A DNA stretch of 64,000 nucleotides from Hemiscyllium ocellatum (Eukaryota): NCBI RefSeq assembly GCF_020745735.1, contig NC_083409.1, forward strand, positions 11,134,978 through 11,198,977, read 5' to 3'. A model generated the notes under the pieces. That model had not been told where the DNA came from. It did not search any database and worked only from the letters and a program-made list of their open reading frames with translations. Shown one piece after another: positions 1-12,699 of the stretch (the first letter of the stretch is position 1; the number at the start of each line of letters is the position of its first letter). The position numbers were made by a program, and so were the translations under genes.

Positions 1-3000
1 AGGTCAGGGATGACTCTGATCGGCTGCAGGACATTCTGAAGGGGGAGGGTGAACAGCTAGCTGTCATGGTGCATACAGGCACCAATGATTTGATAATAAA
101 TGGGATGGGGTCCTAAAAGCAGAATTTAGGGAGTTCAGAGTCAAGTTAAAAGTAGGACCTCAGAGGTAGTAATCTCAGGATTGCTACCAGTGCCACTTGC
201 TAGTCAGTGTAGAAATGAAAGAATAGACAGGATGAATGAGTGGCTTGAGAGATGGTGCAATGGGGAGAGTTTCAGGTTTTTGGGACATTGGAACCGGTTC
301 TGGGGAAGTGGGACTATTACAAATCAGACCGTCTATACCTGGGCAGGACTGGAGCCAATGTCCTAGCGGGTGCTGTTGCTCATGCTCTTGGGGAGGGTTG
401 AAACAAATATGGCAGGGGGAAGGGAACAAAATGAGGTGGTTTGTGGACAGTAAGGAGGCAGTAAGTAAAGCCTGTAAGGAACTAGATAATGAAGTCAGCG
501 TGACGAAGGGGAAGAATAGGCAGAGGGAAGATGAAGAATGCAAAGCGACAGGTAGTCTGAGGTGCATTTGTTTTAATGTGAGAAATGTGATAGGTTAGTC
601 AGAGGAATTCAGGGATTGGATTAGTACCTGGGAGTATGATGTTATTGCTATTACTGAGAGTTGGCTGAAGGAAGGACAAGCTCAACAAATAATTATCCCA
701 GGATATGGATGCTTCAGGTTGGATAGAGACGGGGGTAAAATGGGGTGGAAGAGTTACATTACAGATCAGAGAGGATATCACAGCTGTGCTGAAGGAGGGC
801 ACTATGGAGGACTCAAGCAGTGAGGCAATATGGGCAGAGCGCAGAAATAGGAAGGATGTGGTAACAATGTTGGGGCTGTACTACAGGCCTCCCAACAGTG
901 AGCATGGGATAGAGGAACAAATATGGAAACAGATTATGGAAAGATGCAGGAGCAATAATGTGGTGGTGATGGGAAATTTTAAATTTCCCAACATTGACTG
1001 GGATTCACTGAGAGTTAGAGGTTTAGATGGAGCAGAATTTGTAAGGAGCATCCAGGCAGGTTTTATAGAGCAGTATGTAAATAGTCCATCTCAGAAAGGG
1101 GTCATATTGGACCTGGTGTTGGGGAATGAGCCCGGCCAGGTGGTTGAAATCTCAGTCGGGGATTGCTTTTGGAAGAGTGATCACAATTTCATAAGTTTTA
1201 GAATGCTCATGGATTAAGAAGAGAGTGGTCCTAAAGGAAGAGGACGAAAGTGGAAGAAGGCCAACTATCCCAAAATTTGGCAGATGATGGGAATGTAGAC
1301 TGGGAGCAAAAGTTTGAAGGTAAATCCATATTTGATATGTGGGAGGGTTTGAAAGAGAGGTTGATTAGAGTGCAGGACAGACATGTCCCTGTGAAAATAA
1401 GGGCAGAAAATGGTAAGATTAGGGAATCCTGGATGACAGGTGAAATTGTGATACTAGCTAAGAGGAAAAAAGATGCATACAGAAGGTCTAGGTGGCTGAA
1501 AACAGATGAAGCTTTGGAAGAATATTGGGAAATAGGACCAATCTGAAAAGAGGAATTAGAAAGGCGAAAAGGGGTCATCAAAGCTCATGAACAAACAGGG
1601 TTAAGGAAAATCCCAAAACCTTTTATTCATATATAAGCAGCAAGAGGGTGACTAGAGAAAGGGTTGGCCCAGTCAAGGATAAAGGAGGAAAGTTAGGCAT
1701 GGAGTCAGAGAAAATGGGTGAGATTCTGAATGAGTACTTTGTGTCGGTATTCACCAAGGAGAGGGAAAAGATGGATGTTGAGGTTAGAGATAGATGTTTG
1801 ATTACTCTAGGTCAAGTCGGCATAAGGAGGGAGGAAGTGTTGGGTCTTCTAAAAGGCATCAAGGTGGACAAGCCCACAGATCTGGATGGGATCCATCCCA
1901 GGTTACTGAGGGAAGCGAGAGAGGAAATAGCTGGGACCTTAACAGATATCTTTGTAGCTGCCTTGAACATGGCGGAGATCCCAGAGGACTGGAGAATTAC
2001 TAATGTTGTCCCCTTGTTTAAGAAAGGGAGCCAGGATAATCCAGGTAATTATGGACAGGTGAGCCTGACATCAGTGGTAGGGAAGATGCTGGAGAAGATA
2101 CTGAGGGATTGGATTTATTTACATTTGGAAGAAAATGGACTTATCAATGATAGGCAGCATGATTTTGTGCAAGGAATTTCATGTCTTACCAACTTAATAG
2201 AATTCTTTGAAGAAATGTCAAAGTTGATTGATGAGGGAAGGGCTGTCATTGTCATATACATGGACTTCAGTAAGGTGTTTCACAAAGTTCCCCATGATAG
2301 TCTGATGGAGAAATGAACGTCCCATGGGGTCCAGAGTGTACTAACCAGATGGATAGAGAACAGGCTGGGCAACAGGAGACAGAGAGTAGTAGTGGAAGGG
2401 AGTTTCTCAAAATGGAGACCTGTGACCAGTGGTGTCCCACAGGGATCCATGTTGTTTGTGATGTACATAAATGATCTGGAGGAAGGTATAGGTGGTCTGA
2501 TTGGCAAGCTTGCAGATGACACTAAGATTGGTTGAGTTTCAGATAGTGGAGGGGACCGTCAGAGAATGCAGCAGAAAATAGATAGATTGGAGAGTTGGAC
2601 AGAGAATGGGACAGATGGAGTTCAATCTGGGTAAATGCGAACTGATGAAGTTTGGAAGATCCAATTCTAGAGTGAACTATACAGTGAATGGAAAGCCCTG
2701 GGGAAAATTGATGTACAGAGAGATCTGGGTGTTCAGGTTCATTGTATCCTGAAGGTGGCAACACAGGTCGATAGAGTGGTCAAGAAGGTATATGGCCTGC
2801 TTTCCTTCATCGGGTAGGGTACTGAGTACAAGAGTTGGTAGGTCATGTTAGAATTATATCGGACTTTGGTTTGGCCACATTTGGAATAATGCGTACAATT
2901 CTGATCACCACATTACCAGAAGAATATGGATGCTTTCGAGAGGGTGCAGAGGAGGTTCACAAGGATTTCTTGGTATGGAGGGCACTAGTTATGAAGAGAG

Positions 3001-3079
3001 GTTGAGTAGATTAGGATTATTTTCATGAGAAAGTCAAAGGTTGACGGGAGATCTGCTTGAGATCTACAAAATCATGAGA

Positions 3080-3114
<35 letters not shown>

Positions 3115-3457
3115 GATAGCAAGAAACTTTTTCCCAGAGTGGGGACTCAATTCATAGGGGTCATGAGTTCAAGGTGAGAGGGGAAAAGTTTAAGGGAGAA
3201 ATGCGTGGAAAGTTCTTTACGCAGAGGGTGGTTGGTGCCTGGGACTTGTTGACAGTGGAGGTGGTAGAGGCAGGCACGATCGCACCATTAAAGATGTATC
3301 TAGACAGATACATGAATGGGCAGGGAGTAAAGGGATACAGATCCTTGGAAAATTGATGGCTAGTTTAGGTAGAGGATCTGGATTGGCAAAGGCTTGGAGG
3401 GCCAAAGGGTCTGAGTCTGTGCTATAGTTTTCTTTGTTCTTTGTTCTTTGTTCTTTG
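1..3457 (+). mobile_element. Decayed long CR1-clade LINE (ORF1 esterase tail, ORF2 endonuclease + RT, 3' UTR with tandem tail)
   Basis: ORF fragments: LLPVPLASQCRNERIDRMNEWLERW (CR1 ORF1 esterase-like), LGLYYRPPNS...VMGNFKFPNIDW (APE endonuclease), VVPLFKKG...VSLTSVVGKMLEK...YMDFSKVFHKVPH (RT). Many stops and frameshifts. Ends in (TTCTTTG)n at about 3430-3457. Confidence 0.9.
3076..3114. repeat. (GA)n microsatellite inside the CR1
   Basis: Directly visible GAGAGA run with one interruption. Confidence 0.9.
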
Positions 3458-3479
3458 AACTGAGGAACCTCAAAGGAAC

Positions 3480-4740
3480 AGCGTGATCTTGGGTGCTTGT
3501 CCACTGATCGCTGAATGTGGCAAGGCAGGTTAACAGAGTAGTGATGAAGGCATATGGTAGACTTGCCTTTGTCATTTCAGGTATTGGTTATAAAAGCAGA
3601 AGGATATGCTGCAGTTAAGCAGAATATTGGTAAGGTCACAGCTGGAGTACTGTGTGCAGTTCAGGTCACCACACTGTTGGAAGGATGTGGTTGCACTGGA
3701 TGGGGTGCAGAGGGGAATCACCAGGATGTTGCGTGGGATGGAAGTGGGATGGAACCTCTCAGTGATGAAGAGAGATTGGATCGGCTTAGGTTGTTTTCTT
3801 CAGAGCAGTGAAGGTGGAAGGGGAACCTGATAGAGGTGTATAAGGTTATGAGGGGAATGGACAGGGAGGAGAGAAAGCAGCTGTTCTCATTCATGGGAGG
3901 GTCAATAACAAGTTGGCTCACATTCAATGTGAAAGATAGGATGTTTCAAAATGATTTGATGAAAATGTTTTAAACACAGAGGGAGGATGGGGTGGTTTGG
4001 AATGCACAGCCTGGGAGAGTAGTTGAGGTGGGAAATCTCACAAACTTTAAAACGTACTTGGATGGCCAGTTGAAATGTCATAACATTCAAGCTATGGGCC
4101 TCATGTTGGAAAGTGGGACTGTATAGGATTAGTGTAGTTTGGCTGGTACACAGTTAATGGGCTGAAGGGCCTCTCTGTACTGTGTGATTTTATGATTTTA
4201 TTGCGTGCAGTTTTGGACTGATTATCCGAGAAATGATGTTCTGGCTGTGGAGGGAGGGCAGTGAAGGTTTACCAGACTGATTCCTGGATGACAGCACTTA
4301 GATCTGATGAGAAACTGGATTGGGTTGGACTATATTCACTGGAGGTTAGAAGATTGAGAGGAATCACATTGAAAGCTGTAAAATCCTAACAGGACAAGAT
4401 CGGAAAAACACAGGAAGGATGTTCCTAATGACTGGAGAATCCAGAACCAGGAATTTAACAAAAAGGGAAAGGCCATTTCAGACTGAGAGGAAGAGACATT
4501 TCTTTTGCCAGAGAGTGGGAAGCTAGTGGAATATTCTGTCACAGAAAGCAATTGAGACCAAAACATTAAATGCTTTCAAGAAGTGAATAGGTATAGTTCT
4601 TAGGACTAAAGGGATTAAAGGTTCTGGGGTGAAAGTGGGAACAGGGACGAAGTTGGATGGTCAGTCATGGTCATATTGAATGGCAGAGCCAACTCAAAGG
4701 GCTAAATAGCCTTCTCCTGCTCCTAGTTCCTTTGTTTCTA
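3480..4740 (+). mobile_element. Several decayed CR1 3' fragments
   Basis: Peptides such as LVRSQLEYCVQFRSPH...ALDGVQRGITRML, plus repeated CR1-type 3' UTR endings (gggctgaagggcct...). Confidence 0.75.
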
Positions 4741-4789
4741 TATTTGAGAGACTGTTCATAAACATGAAAACATATGGAATTATAGAGTC

Positions 4790-5930
4790 TTATAGCCATC
4801 GAGTCCTACAGCACAGAGACAGGCCCTTTGGCCCAAACTGGACCGTGCTGACCAAAATGTCCATCCATGCTAACCCCATTTCCCTGCACTTGGCCCACAT
4901 CCTTCAAACGTTTTGCTTGTCTATGTATTTGTTCAGTGGCCTGTTAAATGTTGTTAATGTACCCACCTCAATTACTTCCACTGGCAGCTCATTCCATATG
5001 GGTACCATCCTCTGTGTAAACAAGTTGCCCCTCAGGTTCCCTTTTATTCTTTCCCCTCTAACCTGAAACTGATACCCCCTTGTGCTCGATTCCCCAACCC
5101 TGACAAAAAGACAGTGCATTCACCCTATCCATATCTCTCATGATTTTATACATTTCTGTCAGATCCCCCCTCAGTCTCCTACACTCGAAGAAAAAATTCC
5201 CAGCTTGACAAACCTCTCCCTATAACTCAGATCATTGAGTATAGACAACATCCTTGTAAATTTCTCCTGTACTCTTTCCAGCTTCGTAATCTCCTTCCTA
5301 TAACAAGGTGACCAAAACTAAGCACAATACTCTAAGTGCGGCCTCACCAATATTCTGTACAACTGTAACATAACTTCCCAACTTCTGTACCCAGTGCCCT
5401 GACTGATGAAGGCCAGTGTGCCAAAAGCCTTCCTCACTGTCCTGTCTCACCGTGTCTCAACTTTCAGTGATCTCCAAGGTCCCTCTGTTCCACTACATTC
5501 CTTAAGGCCCTACTATTCACCATGAAACTCCTATCTTGATTTAACTTCTAAAATGCAAGACCTCACACTTATCTACATTAAATTTAATTTGTCATTTCTC
5601 TTCCAACTTCCCCAGCTAATCAAGGTCCTGTTGCAATACCTGATAACTTCCACAATACCACCCATTGTAATGTCATTTGTAAAGTTAATAATCATGCCTT
5701 GCAGATTCTCATCCAAGTTATTGATATCGATAACAACCTTCCACAAGTCACAGGTCTCCAGTCTGACAAGCATCCTTTCACTATTACCCTGTGCTTCCTA
5801 CCACCAAGCCAATTCAAGAAAAATATTTGTCTTTGGTCAGGTATTAGTTTGGATGTAGCAGACAGAGAGGTGTGTGCTATCTGTGTGTGCTCTCCAATGA
5901 GCAAGATGTGAATAATAGTGTCCCCAAGGA
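4790..5930 (-). mobile_element. Decayed CR1 RT/3' fragment
   Basis: Minus-strand peptides FQVRGERIKGNLRGNLFTQRMV and INNLDENLQGMIINFTNDITMGG; CR1 tail near 4790. Confidence 0.8.
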
Positions 5931-6092
5931 TTTGTGCAGGGACCTCAGCATTTCATGATATTTCTCAATGGCTTGGATGAAGGAATGGAGAGCCAATTAT
6001 CCAAGATGGTTGATCACACTGAGTGAGGTGACTTGGAGGTAATGACAGAGATAGGAAGGGTGGAGGCCAGGGAGGGATTTGAGAACAAAGAT

Positions 6093-7861
6093 GGCCTAGT
6101 GATGGGAGATAAGGAAATAGCAGGAGAACTTAACAAGTACTTTGCGTCAGTTTTCACAGTGGGAGACATGAGTAATATCCCAAAAATTAAAGGGAGTCAC
6201 AGGGCTGAGTTGAGTATGGTTGCCATTATGAAAGAGATAGTGCTAGAAAAGTTAAAAAGTCTTAAAGTTGATAAATCTCCTGGCCCCGATGGGATACAGC
6301 CTAGAGTTCTGAGAGAGGTGGCTGAGGAAATAGCAGAGGCATTGGTTGAGATCTTTCAAGAGTCACTGGAGTCAGGAAAGGTCCCAGATGATGGGAAGAT
6401 GGCTGTTGTAACCCCCTTGTTCAAGAAAGGATCAAGACAAAAGATGGAAAATTATAGGCCAATCAGCTTAACCTCGGTTGTTGGTAAAATTCTAGAATCC
6501 ATCATTAAGGATGAGGTTTCTAAATTCTTGGAAGAGCAGAGTATGATTAGAACAAGTCAACATGGATTTAGTAAGGGGAGGTCATGCCTGACAAACCTGC
6601 TGGAATTTTTTGAAGAGGTAACAAGTAGGTTGGATCAGGGAAACCCAGTGGATGTGGTCTATCTAGACTTTCAAAAGGCCTTTGATAAGGTGCCACACGG
6701 GAGGCTGCTGAGCAAGGTGAGGGCCCATGGTGTTCGAGGTGAGCTGCTGGGATGGATTGAGGATTGGCTGTCTAACAGAAGGCAGAGAGTTGGGATAAAA
6801 GGTTCTTTTTCAGACAGGCAGCCGGTGACGAGCGGTGTCCCGCAGGCTTCAGTGTTGGGGCCACAGCTATTCGCATTATATATTAATGATTTGGATGAGG
6901 GGACTGGGGACATTCTAGCGAAGTTTGCCGATGATACGAAGTTAGGTGGACAGGCAGGTAGTACTGAGGAAGTGGGGAGGCTACAGAAGGATCTAGACAG
7001 GTTGGGAGTGTGGTCCAGGAAATGGCTGATGGAATTTAACGTGAGCAAGTGCGAGGTTTTGCACTTTGGCAAAAAGAATAAAAGCATAGACTACTTTCTA
7101 AATGGTGAGAAAATTAGTAAAGCCAAAGTACAAAGGGATCTGGGAGTGCTATTCGAGGATTCTCTAAAGGTAAACATGCAGGTTCAGTCCGTGATTAAGA
7201 AAGCCAATGCAATGTCGTCTCTTATCTCAAGAGGGTTGGAATATAAAAGCAGAGATGTGCTACTGAGACTTTATAAAGCTCTGGTTAGGCCCCATTTGGA
7301 GTACTGTGTCCAGTTTTGGTCCCCACACCTCAGGAAGGACATACTGGCACTGGAACGGGTCCAGCAGAGATTCACACGGATGATCCCTGGAATGGTTGGT
7401 CTAACATATGAGGAACGGCTGAGGATCCTGGGATTGTATTCGTTGGAGTTTAGAAGATTGAGGGGAGACTTAATAGAGACATACAAGATAATACATGGCT
7501 TGGGAAGGGTGGATGCTAGGAAATTGTTTCCGTTAGGCAAGGAGACTAGGACCCGTGGACACAGTCTTAGAATTAGAGGGGGTCAATTCAGAACAGAAAT
7601 GCGGAGACATTTCTTCAGCCAGAGGGTGGTGGGCCTGTGGAATTCATTGCCACGGAGTGCAGTGGAGGCCGGAACGCTAAATGTCTTCAAGGCCGAGATT
7701 GATAGATTCTTGTTGTCTCGAGGAATTAAGGGCTACGGGGAGAACGCTGGTAAGTGGAGTTGAAATGCCTATCAGCCATGATTGAATGACGGAGTGGACA
7801 CGATGTGCCGAATGGCCTTACTTCCACTCCTATGTCTTATGGTCTTATGGTCTTATGGTCT
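6093..7861 (+). mobile_element. Young 5'-truncated CR1 LINE with uninterrupted RT reading frame and 6-bp target-site duplication
   Basis: ORF 6033-7763 is stop-free with RT motifs (YLDFQKAFDKVPH, GVPQASVLGP, FADDTK). 3' tail is (TCTTATGG)n at about 7835-7861. AAAGAT is repeated at 6087-6092 and 7862-7867. Confidence 0.95.
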
Positions 7862-8225
7862 AAAGATAAGAATTTGAAACTCGCGGTGTTGCTGGACCAG
7901 AAGCCAATGTAGACACGGGGTAGAGGGAGTTGGGGGAATGGGACTTAGTGCAAGCTTGGATATGGGCAACAGAAATTGGGATGAGCTGAAGGTTATGGAG
8001 GGCTGTGGTTTTGATGTGTATCAGCCACAACATTGGAGTGGTCATTTTTGGAGTCCCACAAACATGGCTGAAATGTTTAGTGGCTGATATGGAGATGTGG
8101 AGCTCAGATTAGACTCAAAGATGAGTCTAAGGTTGTAAAGAGTCTGGTTGAGCAGCAGACAGTGCTCAGGGAGAGGAATGGAGTTTGTACCGTGAGCTGA
8201 AGAGGATGGCTTTGATCTTCCCAAT
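7862..8225 (-). mobile_element. Old LINE (possibly L2-like) remnant, host of the young CR1
   Basis: Removing the CR1 restores the continuous sequence gggatttgagaacaaagataagaatttgaaac. Family assignment is from resemblance only. Confidence 0.4.
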
Positions 8226-8314
8226 ATGTTTCCCAGTGAGCCTGGCTCCTCAGTCCTGACTGCTCTTAGCTGCTGTGATTGTCACCGATTGGACACTTAT
8301 TATTAGAGTTTCTG

Positions 8315-8420
8315 ACCACAGCAGAAAGCCCCAGTGTAAAAAATAACTGCAAAGACTATCAGATCGCAAGGTTGAAACTTCACCAAGAGAGGAAGTGAAA
8401 GAAGGAGCTTGGAGCAGCTG
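8315..8420 (+). promoter_or_regulatory. Candidate B-cell enhancer motif cluster (RUNX, Ets-IRF composite, E-box)
   Basis: ACCACA at 8315-8320, GGAAGTGAAA at 8391-8400 and CAGCTG at 8415-8420, in an apparently non-repeat island 6 kb upstream of the V leader. Motif evidence only. Confidence 0.35.
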
Positions 8421-8684
8421 GGTGTTTGCAACTGAGATGGGAGAAAACTGTGAACCATCTGCACTCCCTGGAATCTGACAGCACAGGAGGCTGATCGTGG
8501 GATTTACTTTTTGCGGAAACAGCACAGTGATGAAAAAAGTGTCACTCACTCACTCACAAACACACATGCCTGCACTCGGAGATCAGAAACAGAATCCAAC
8601 AGCAGCTCTGTCTCCAAGCTGTGAAACCTGCACAGAATTATTCCCTCATTCTGTTTTTAACTGGCAGGATCGACCAAGCAGGGG

Positions 8685-9200
8685 AGGCAACACAGTGGTG
8701 TGTACAGTCGGAAGGGAGTTGCCCTGAGAGTCCTCACCATTAACTATGGAACCCATGAAGCCTCATGACAGCAGGTCAAACATGGGGAAGGAAATCTCCT
8801 GCTGATTACCACATAGCACCGCCCTCCACTCCAACCTCAACTGAGCAGTCAGTCCTCCTCCATGTTGAACAACACTTGAAGGGAGCACTGAGGATGGGAA
8901 TGATGCAGGATATACCCTGAGTAAGGGAATTCAAAGCCCACCATCAAGAGCTGCTCAGAAACATCACTACTGAGCAAACTGGTCACGCTCCACCTGATTC
9001 AGCTGCTAGACTGGACCTGGGGCAGGTGGTGAGGGAACCAACAAGAGGGAAAAACATACTCACTATCACCCTCACCAACCTGCCTGCTGCTGGTGTATCT
9101 GTCCAGGACAGTATCAGTAAGGGTGACCACCGCACAGTCTGTGTGAAGACAAAATCCCATCTTCATATTGAGAATACCTTACATTCTGTTGGGCAAGAGA
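8685..9200 (+). mobile_element. LINE endonuclease-domain remnant
   Basis: Peptide MVREPTRGKNILTITLTNLP...SISKGDHRTV is typical of the APE C-terminus (REPTR...SDH). Confidence 0.55.
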
Positions 9201-10483
9201 TACGGGCTGTCAGAAAGAATTTTGTTTTAAGCAGTAATTGGTAACGATTGGAAATTAGTGCCCATTCAGGTGAGACAGGAGAAGACACTCAGTGATTGCA
9301 ATGGCAGATTGGATGGGCTCTTGATGGAAATAAACCTGCAAGGCTCTGGGGGTCGAGTAGGGGAGGGGGTGGGACTGACTGGATTGCTCCATGAAATGAC
9401 AGCATTTACCTGACAGGCTGAATGTTCCCCCCCTGTGCTGGAAATAGATCTCACTCAATGAGGGGTTCACAATTAGAGAGTTTGGATGCAGTAAATACAG
9501 GACAAATTGTTTCTCCAGGCAGGAGGGTCAGTAATCAGAGGGTACACATTTCAGAAAGGGTCTGAAGCACAAGAGAGAAGATAGGAACATTTTTATCCAG
9601 CGAGTTCATGATGACTGTCTGCAAGGTGAGTGGAAGTGGATTCAAAAGCAACTTTCAAAAGGGCATTTGGAGAAATAGCTGAAAAGGAAATAATTGCAGG
9701 GTTATACAGGAAGGGCTGGGTTAATGGGACTCATTGGACTCATTTGACTGACACTCACAATAGGCCCAGTGACCTCTGTCTGTTCTGTATAAGAGCTCAC
9801 ACACACTTAGACTCACCTTTACACAAAGACTGGGAGAAACAGACAACCCTGTTTACAGAAGAGTGTTTTCTCAAGGAAAACACTCTTGAACCAACTCAGG
9901 GAACAGGCCAGACTAGATTTACTGATGTGGAATAATTCAGCAAATCAATGACAAGGGAACAGTGAACCAAAAGTGATGGCACTGAACAGGATATTCAATA
10001 GCACAACCATTGAGTGGGAAAGGGATGAAGGGCAGGAGGTCAGAGAGCATGCTCAAGGGGTCTGAAGGCTCTGCTCTCAATAGTGGGATTGAGTAAACAG
10101 CAATGGGCAGGAGACCAGAGACAGAAGATGGAAGGGGGAGAGAGGGAACGTGAGTCTGCAGCAGAACACAAAGTGAGGGAGGAGGGAGGTCATGGAGGCA
10201 ATTGACTGGCAGTGAGGTCAGGGGTCATTCTGGAATGACAAATGAATAAGACAGGGAAGGGGCCACTCCATATTAGGCAAGTTAGGGTTTATGGCTTCAG
10301 TACGCTGGGAGAGGACATTGTAATCATAGAGTTAGGGGGCAGGAAGAGCAGGAATTAGGGTTTCTGTGGTCAAGAGGCTGAGGTAGTGCAGAGACAGACA
10401 ATGTCGCTAGAGATTGAAATAAGCGACCTACGTGATGGAGAGGATATGCGGTTTGCAGCTCAGGTACTGGATGGTCTCGAGAG

Positions 10484-12240
10484 AAGGAGGCCCATGTTTA
10501 CTGGTCTCTTCTGGAGCATCCAGTGGGAAGGAGGTCCATGTTTATTGGTGTTTATTGGAGGTTCCAGTGGAAAGAGGTCCATGTTTACTGGTTCTATGGG
10601 AAGGTGGTCCATGTATATATTATCACAGAGTCATAGAGGTTTACAGCATGGGATCAGGCCCTTCAGCTCAACTCATCCATGCCGACCAAGTATCCAAAAC
10701 TGAACTAGTCCCATTTGCATGTGTTTGGCCCAATCCTCTCTAAATCCTTCCTATTCATGTTACTGTAAAAATGTCCTTGAAATGTAGTAATCCTCTCCCA
10801 TTTCCTCTGGCAGCTCATTACACATACACACCAACCTCTGAGTGAAAATGTTGCCATTCAGTTTCCTTCTAATTCTTTCCCCTCAACTTTAACCTATTCC
10901 TTTTCGTACTGGACTCTCCTACCTTGGGGAAAAGACTTTGGCTATTCACTTTAGCTTTGACCCTCATGATTCTATAAACCTCTATAAAGTCACCCCTTAA
11001 TCTCCTGAATTCCCTGGAGAAAACATCTCGGCCTATTCATCCTCGTCTTGTCATTCAAGCCCTCCAATCTTGATAACATCCCTGTTCATCTTTCTTTTAT
11101 CCAAACCAGTGTAATAACTTCCTTCCTTTGGAAGGGTGAGCAGAAATGCACACTGTGTCCAAATGTGGCCTTCCCAATGCCTTGTACAGCTCCTGTACTC
11201 CCTGATTTGACCAGTGAAAGTGAGCGTGCCAAATACCTTCTTCACCACCCTGTCTACCTGTGACACCACTTCCAAGGAACTATGTACCTGTACCCCTCAG
11301 TCTCTCTGTTCAACAACACTCCCCATGGCTCTACCATTAGTTGTGTAATTCCTGCCCTGGTTTGTCTTACCAAAATGCAACTCCTTCCATTTATCGGAAT
11401 TAAACTCCATCTGGATTTCTTGACCCACTGGCCCAGTTGATCAAGATGACATTGCACTCTTAGATAACCTTCTTCCCTGCTACAATGCCAACAATTTTAA
11501 TGTCAGCCACAAACTTCCTGACCTATTCCTGCTATTTTCTCATCCAAATTGTTCATGTAAATGATGAACAACAGTGGATCCAGGATCGATTCTTGTGACA
11601 GACAGTTGGTCACTGGCCTCCAGTCTGAAGAACAACCCTCTCTCACCAGCCTCAGCCTCCTACAATCAGGCCAATTTTATATCCAATTGGTGAGCTCTCC
11701 CTGGATCCTATATGATATAATCTTACTGAGCAGTCTACCATAGGGAACCTTGTCTAAGGCCTTGCTAAAGCCCATGTAGCCAAAGTGTACTGCTCCACCT
11801 TTATCTACCTTCTTGATTACTTCTTCAAAAACTCAGTCATCTACTCGTCTCCATCGGAAACTCCAGTGAATAGGGGGCCCATGTTTACTGGTCTCTATTG
11901 GAGGATCCAGTCAGAAGGAGTTCCATGTTTACTGGTCTCTCTTGGAGAGTACAGTAGGAAGGAAACCAATGTTTAGTGGTCTGTATTGGAGGATCCAACA
12001 GGAAGGAGGCCCATGCTTACTGGTCTCAATTCAGTGAGAAGGAGGCCCATGTCTCTCCATTGGTCAGTCCTGTGAACGGAATTCTATGTTTACTGGACTC
12101 TGTTGGGAGATTGAATGGGAAGGAAGCCCATGTTTACTGGTCTCTTTTGGGAGGTTCAATGGGAAGGAGGCCCATGTCTCTCCATTGGGCAGCTCCGTGA
12201 AGTGAAGTCCATGTTTACTGGGCTCTGCTGGAGTGTCCAG
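10484..12240. repeat. ~43-bp minisatellite (GAAGGAGGCCCATGTTTACTGGTCTC...) split by a CR1 insertion
   Basis: About 4 units at 10484-10615 and about 9 units at 11860-12240, either side of a CR1. Confidence 0.8.
10620..11830 (-). mobile_element. Decayed CR1 3' fragment
   Basis: Minus-strand peptides VVSQVDRVVKKVFGTLTF and LDQLGQWVKKSRWSL; CR1 tail near 10620-10720. Confidence 0.8.
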
Positions 12241-12699
12241 TGCATCATGGACACCATGGTGCGTGTGGGGTTCAGTTCCATTCTGTTGTAACTGTGTGAT
12301 GCTCTGACCATAATCCCAGTCAAATAGTCTGACTTAAAGACTGATCATGGAAGGGGAAGGAAAGGGGAAAGGATTGGACCATGTTGTGAATGGACAGGAT
12401 GGGTCAGTGGGTCAGAGCCTGTCCTATCCCTCCAACTGACACTGATGGCCTGAGGATCTCCTCTCTCTGCTGGGCCTTCATGGAATAAGGTTTGTGTCCA
12501 AACTAGTCCCCAGTGAGAATAGGCCAACAGCACAGAACTGCCCTTCATTTGACAAGAATCTGTCAGTCTTCCTGAGAGAGGTCAAACCCTGGTGAATGTG
12601 GGAAATGAGGCCTCACTCCAGGCAGGGGTGAAGGGTTAGCATCCATTAGTGGGGCAGAGCAGAGGGAAATTTATCGTGAATTCAACTCTCACTACCCGG

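Noticed and set aside
6033-7763. 576-aa ORF as a host protein-coding gene
   Set aside because: It is the RT half of a CR1 ORF2, bounded by a TSD and tandem tail; the start codon lies in flanking DNA.
8523-8564. CACAGTG with an ACAAACACA nonamer-like sequence as an orphan RSS
   Set aside because: The spacer is 26 nt rather than 12 or 23, and there is no adjacent coding segment.
10713-10720. Perfect octamer ATTTGCAT (also ATGCAAAT at 32038-32045) as an Ig promoter
   Set aside because: The first lies in a CR1 tail; neither has a downstream TATA box and leader exon.
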